Assembly (NCBI GenBank): GCA_963796285.1 | Contig: CAWCKW010000003.1 | Span: 290,128-354,127 of the forward strand | Reading direction: 5' to 3' | DNA length: 64,000 bases | Source of the DNA: Nitrospirota bacterium | GTDB lineage: Bacteria; Nitrospirota; UBA9217 | Shown: positions 62,505-64,000 of the stretch, in pieces | Numbering within the stretch: position 1 is the first letter of the stretch | Layout: the number at the start of each line of letters is the position of its first letter | Program-made: the position numbers and the translations under genes | Notes under the pieces: model-generated | Databases searched by the model: none | What the model was told of the DNA's origin: nothing | The model's input: the letters and a program-made list of their open reading frames with translations, nothing else

Positions 62505-62548
62505 ATTTTGCATAGAAATTAATTTGTAACTGAGTAAGGAGGATCCAT

Positions 62549-63780
62549 TTGTCACACCCCAAGATACTCGCATTCATTCTCGCCGGGGGCAAGGGCGAGA
62601 GGCTTGCTCCGCTCACGGATTATCGGTCAAAGCCGTCCGTCCCGTTCGGGGGTCGGTACCGGATCGTGGATTTCGTCCTGAGCAACTTCGTGAACTCGCG
62701 CATCTATTCCATTTACCTCCTGGTGCAGTACAAGTCCCAGTCGCTTATCGAGCATGTTCGCCAGAACTGGGTCCTGTCCCCTATCGTCCGGGCGCATTTC
62801 GTAACCGTGGTCCCGCCGCAGATGCGCATGGGGCCGGGGTGGTTCCAGGGTACGGCCGACGCCGTGTACCAGAACATCAACCTGATCTATGACCAGCAGC
62901 CGGAACTTGTCGCCGTGTTCGGGGCCGACCATATCTACCGGATGGACATCCGCCAGATGATCGATTTTCACCTCGAGCGAAACGCTGCCGTAACGGTCGC
63001 CGCCCGGCCGGTGCCAATGGGTCAGGCATCTGCATTCGGCATCATCAAGACGGACCAATCCAAAAGGATCACCGGATTCCAGGAAAAGCCGGCCCACCCC
63101 GCCCCCATGGCCGATGATCCACAGCGGGCCTATGCATCCATGGGGAACTACATTTTCAACAAGGAGGTCCTGCTGGACGCGCTCGTCAAGGGGCAGCAGA
63201 AGGACCACCATGATTTCGGGACCCATCTGCTCCCTGATCTTGTAGATACCGGGAAGGTGTTCGCGTATGACTTTGCAACCAACATCATCCCCGGCTTCAT
63301 GCCCTACGAGGAGCAGGGGTATTGGCGGATGTGGGCACGATCCCGGCTTTTTTCGATGCCCACATGGACATGCTGGGCGAACGGCCGAAATTTGAACTGC
63401 ATAACCGACAATGGCCCATCCATCCATCGGAATATGAGGGTCCTTCAGCGAAGATCTTGAAGGGCGATATTCAGAACAGCTTCATTTCCGAGGGTGCATT
63501 GATCAAGGACGCCCGGATCGTCAATTCAGTGATACGGCGGGACGTCGTTGTCGAAGAAGACGTCGTTATCGAAGATTGTATCATCATGGACCACTCGGTG
63601 ATCAAGAAAGGCTGCCGCCTCAAGCGGGTGATCGTGGACAAGTTCAATGAACTCGCAGAAGGCGAGCGGATCGGGTTCGGGCCCGATGTCGATCGGCTCC
63701 AATGCGCCTGCCACCGCGATCCATCCGGCATATCGATGATCCCCAAAGGCGAACGGCTGATGAAGTGTCCGCCATGGTAG
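62549..63780 (+). CDS. glgC: Glucose-1-phosphate adenylyltransferase, 1-nt frameshift near 63327
   Basis: [29 protein letters not shown]. Adding one G restores YWRDVGT and joins ORF 63322..63780. Confidence 0.9.
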
Positions 63781-64000
63781 CAGCAATGTCGCAGTTATTC
63801 GGGGAGAAGGCATGCTGTCCCGGTTGAAATTCCCGATCTGTTCCATATTCATCATCGATAGCGGATCGTCAGGAAGTACTGAACAAACCGGCTTGGGCCA
63901 ATCATTGAGGGGCGCGTGCAACAACGTCGAGCGCGAAAAAAATTCCCCCCGATCGATTTTATTGATCACAGGAAAAGCAAACATGAGACGAAAAGTAGTG

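Overview
This is a GC-rich bacterial chromosomal window. Gene content and regulatory style resemble an anaerobic Gram-negative organism of the Nitrospirota or Desulfuromonadia type; that assignment is inference. The left 14.6 kb is a minus-strand operon of five secreted DUF11/Ig-fold proteins followed by a tandem-MshEN protein. The pattern of N-terminal 'GTxIxNTA' extensions and C-terminally truncated DUF11 domains suggests a covalent, donor-strand-complemented fibre with tip adhesin, pilins, chaperone and outer-membrane barrel anchor. Next come a sigma54-driven pair of small membrane proteins and a TPR/beta-barrel, FecR, beta-helix lipoprotein, CHASE2 adenylate cyclase operon. Housekeeping genes include oppDF, lpxC (sigma54 promoter), deoC, an aminotransferase IV, an ADP-forming acyl-CoA ligase, tRNA-Val, tRNA-Asp, pepF, a GGDEF protein, msrB, htpG, lgt, pal, mscS, glgB and glgC. 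A GEMM-Ib (c-AMP-GMP type) riboswitch sits upstream of a TSP1-repeat lipoprotein cytochrome c. Also present are a decayed UxxC DsbA selenoprotein, an inverted-repeat-flanked four-helix-bundle cassette and an intact IS4 with a 9-bp target duplication. Three single-base frameshifts look like sequencing or assembly errors.
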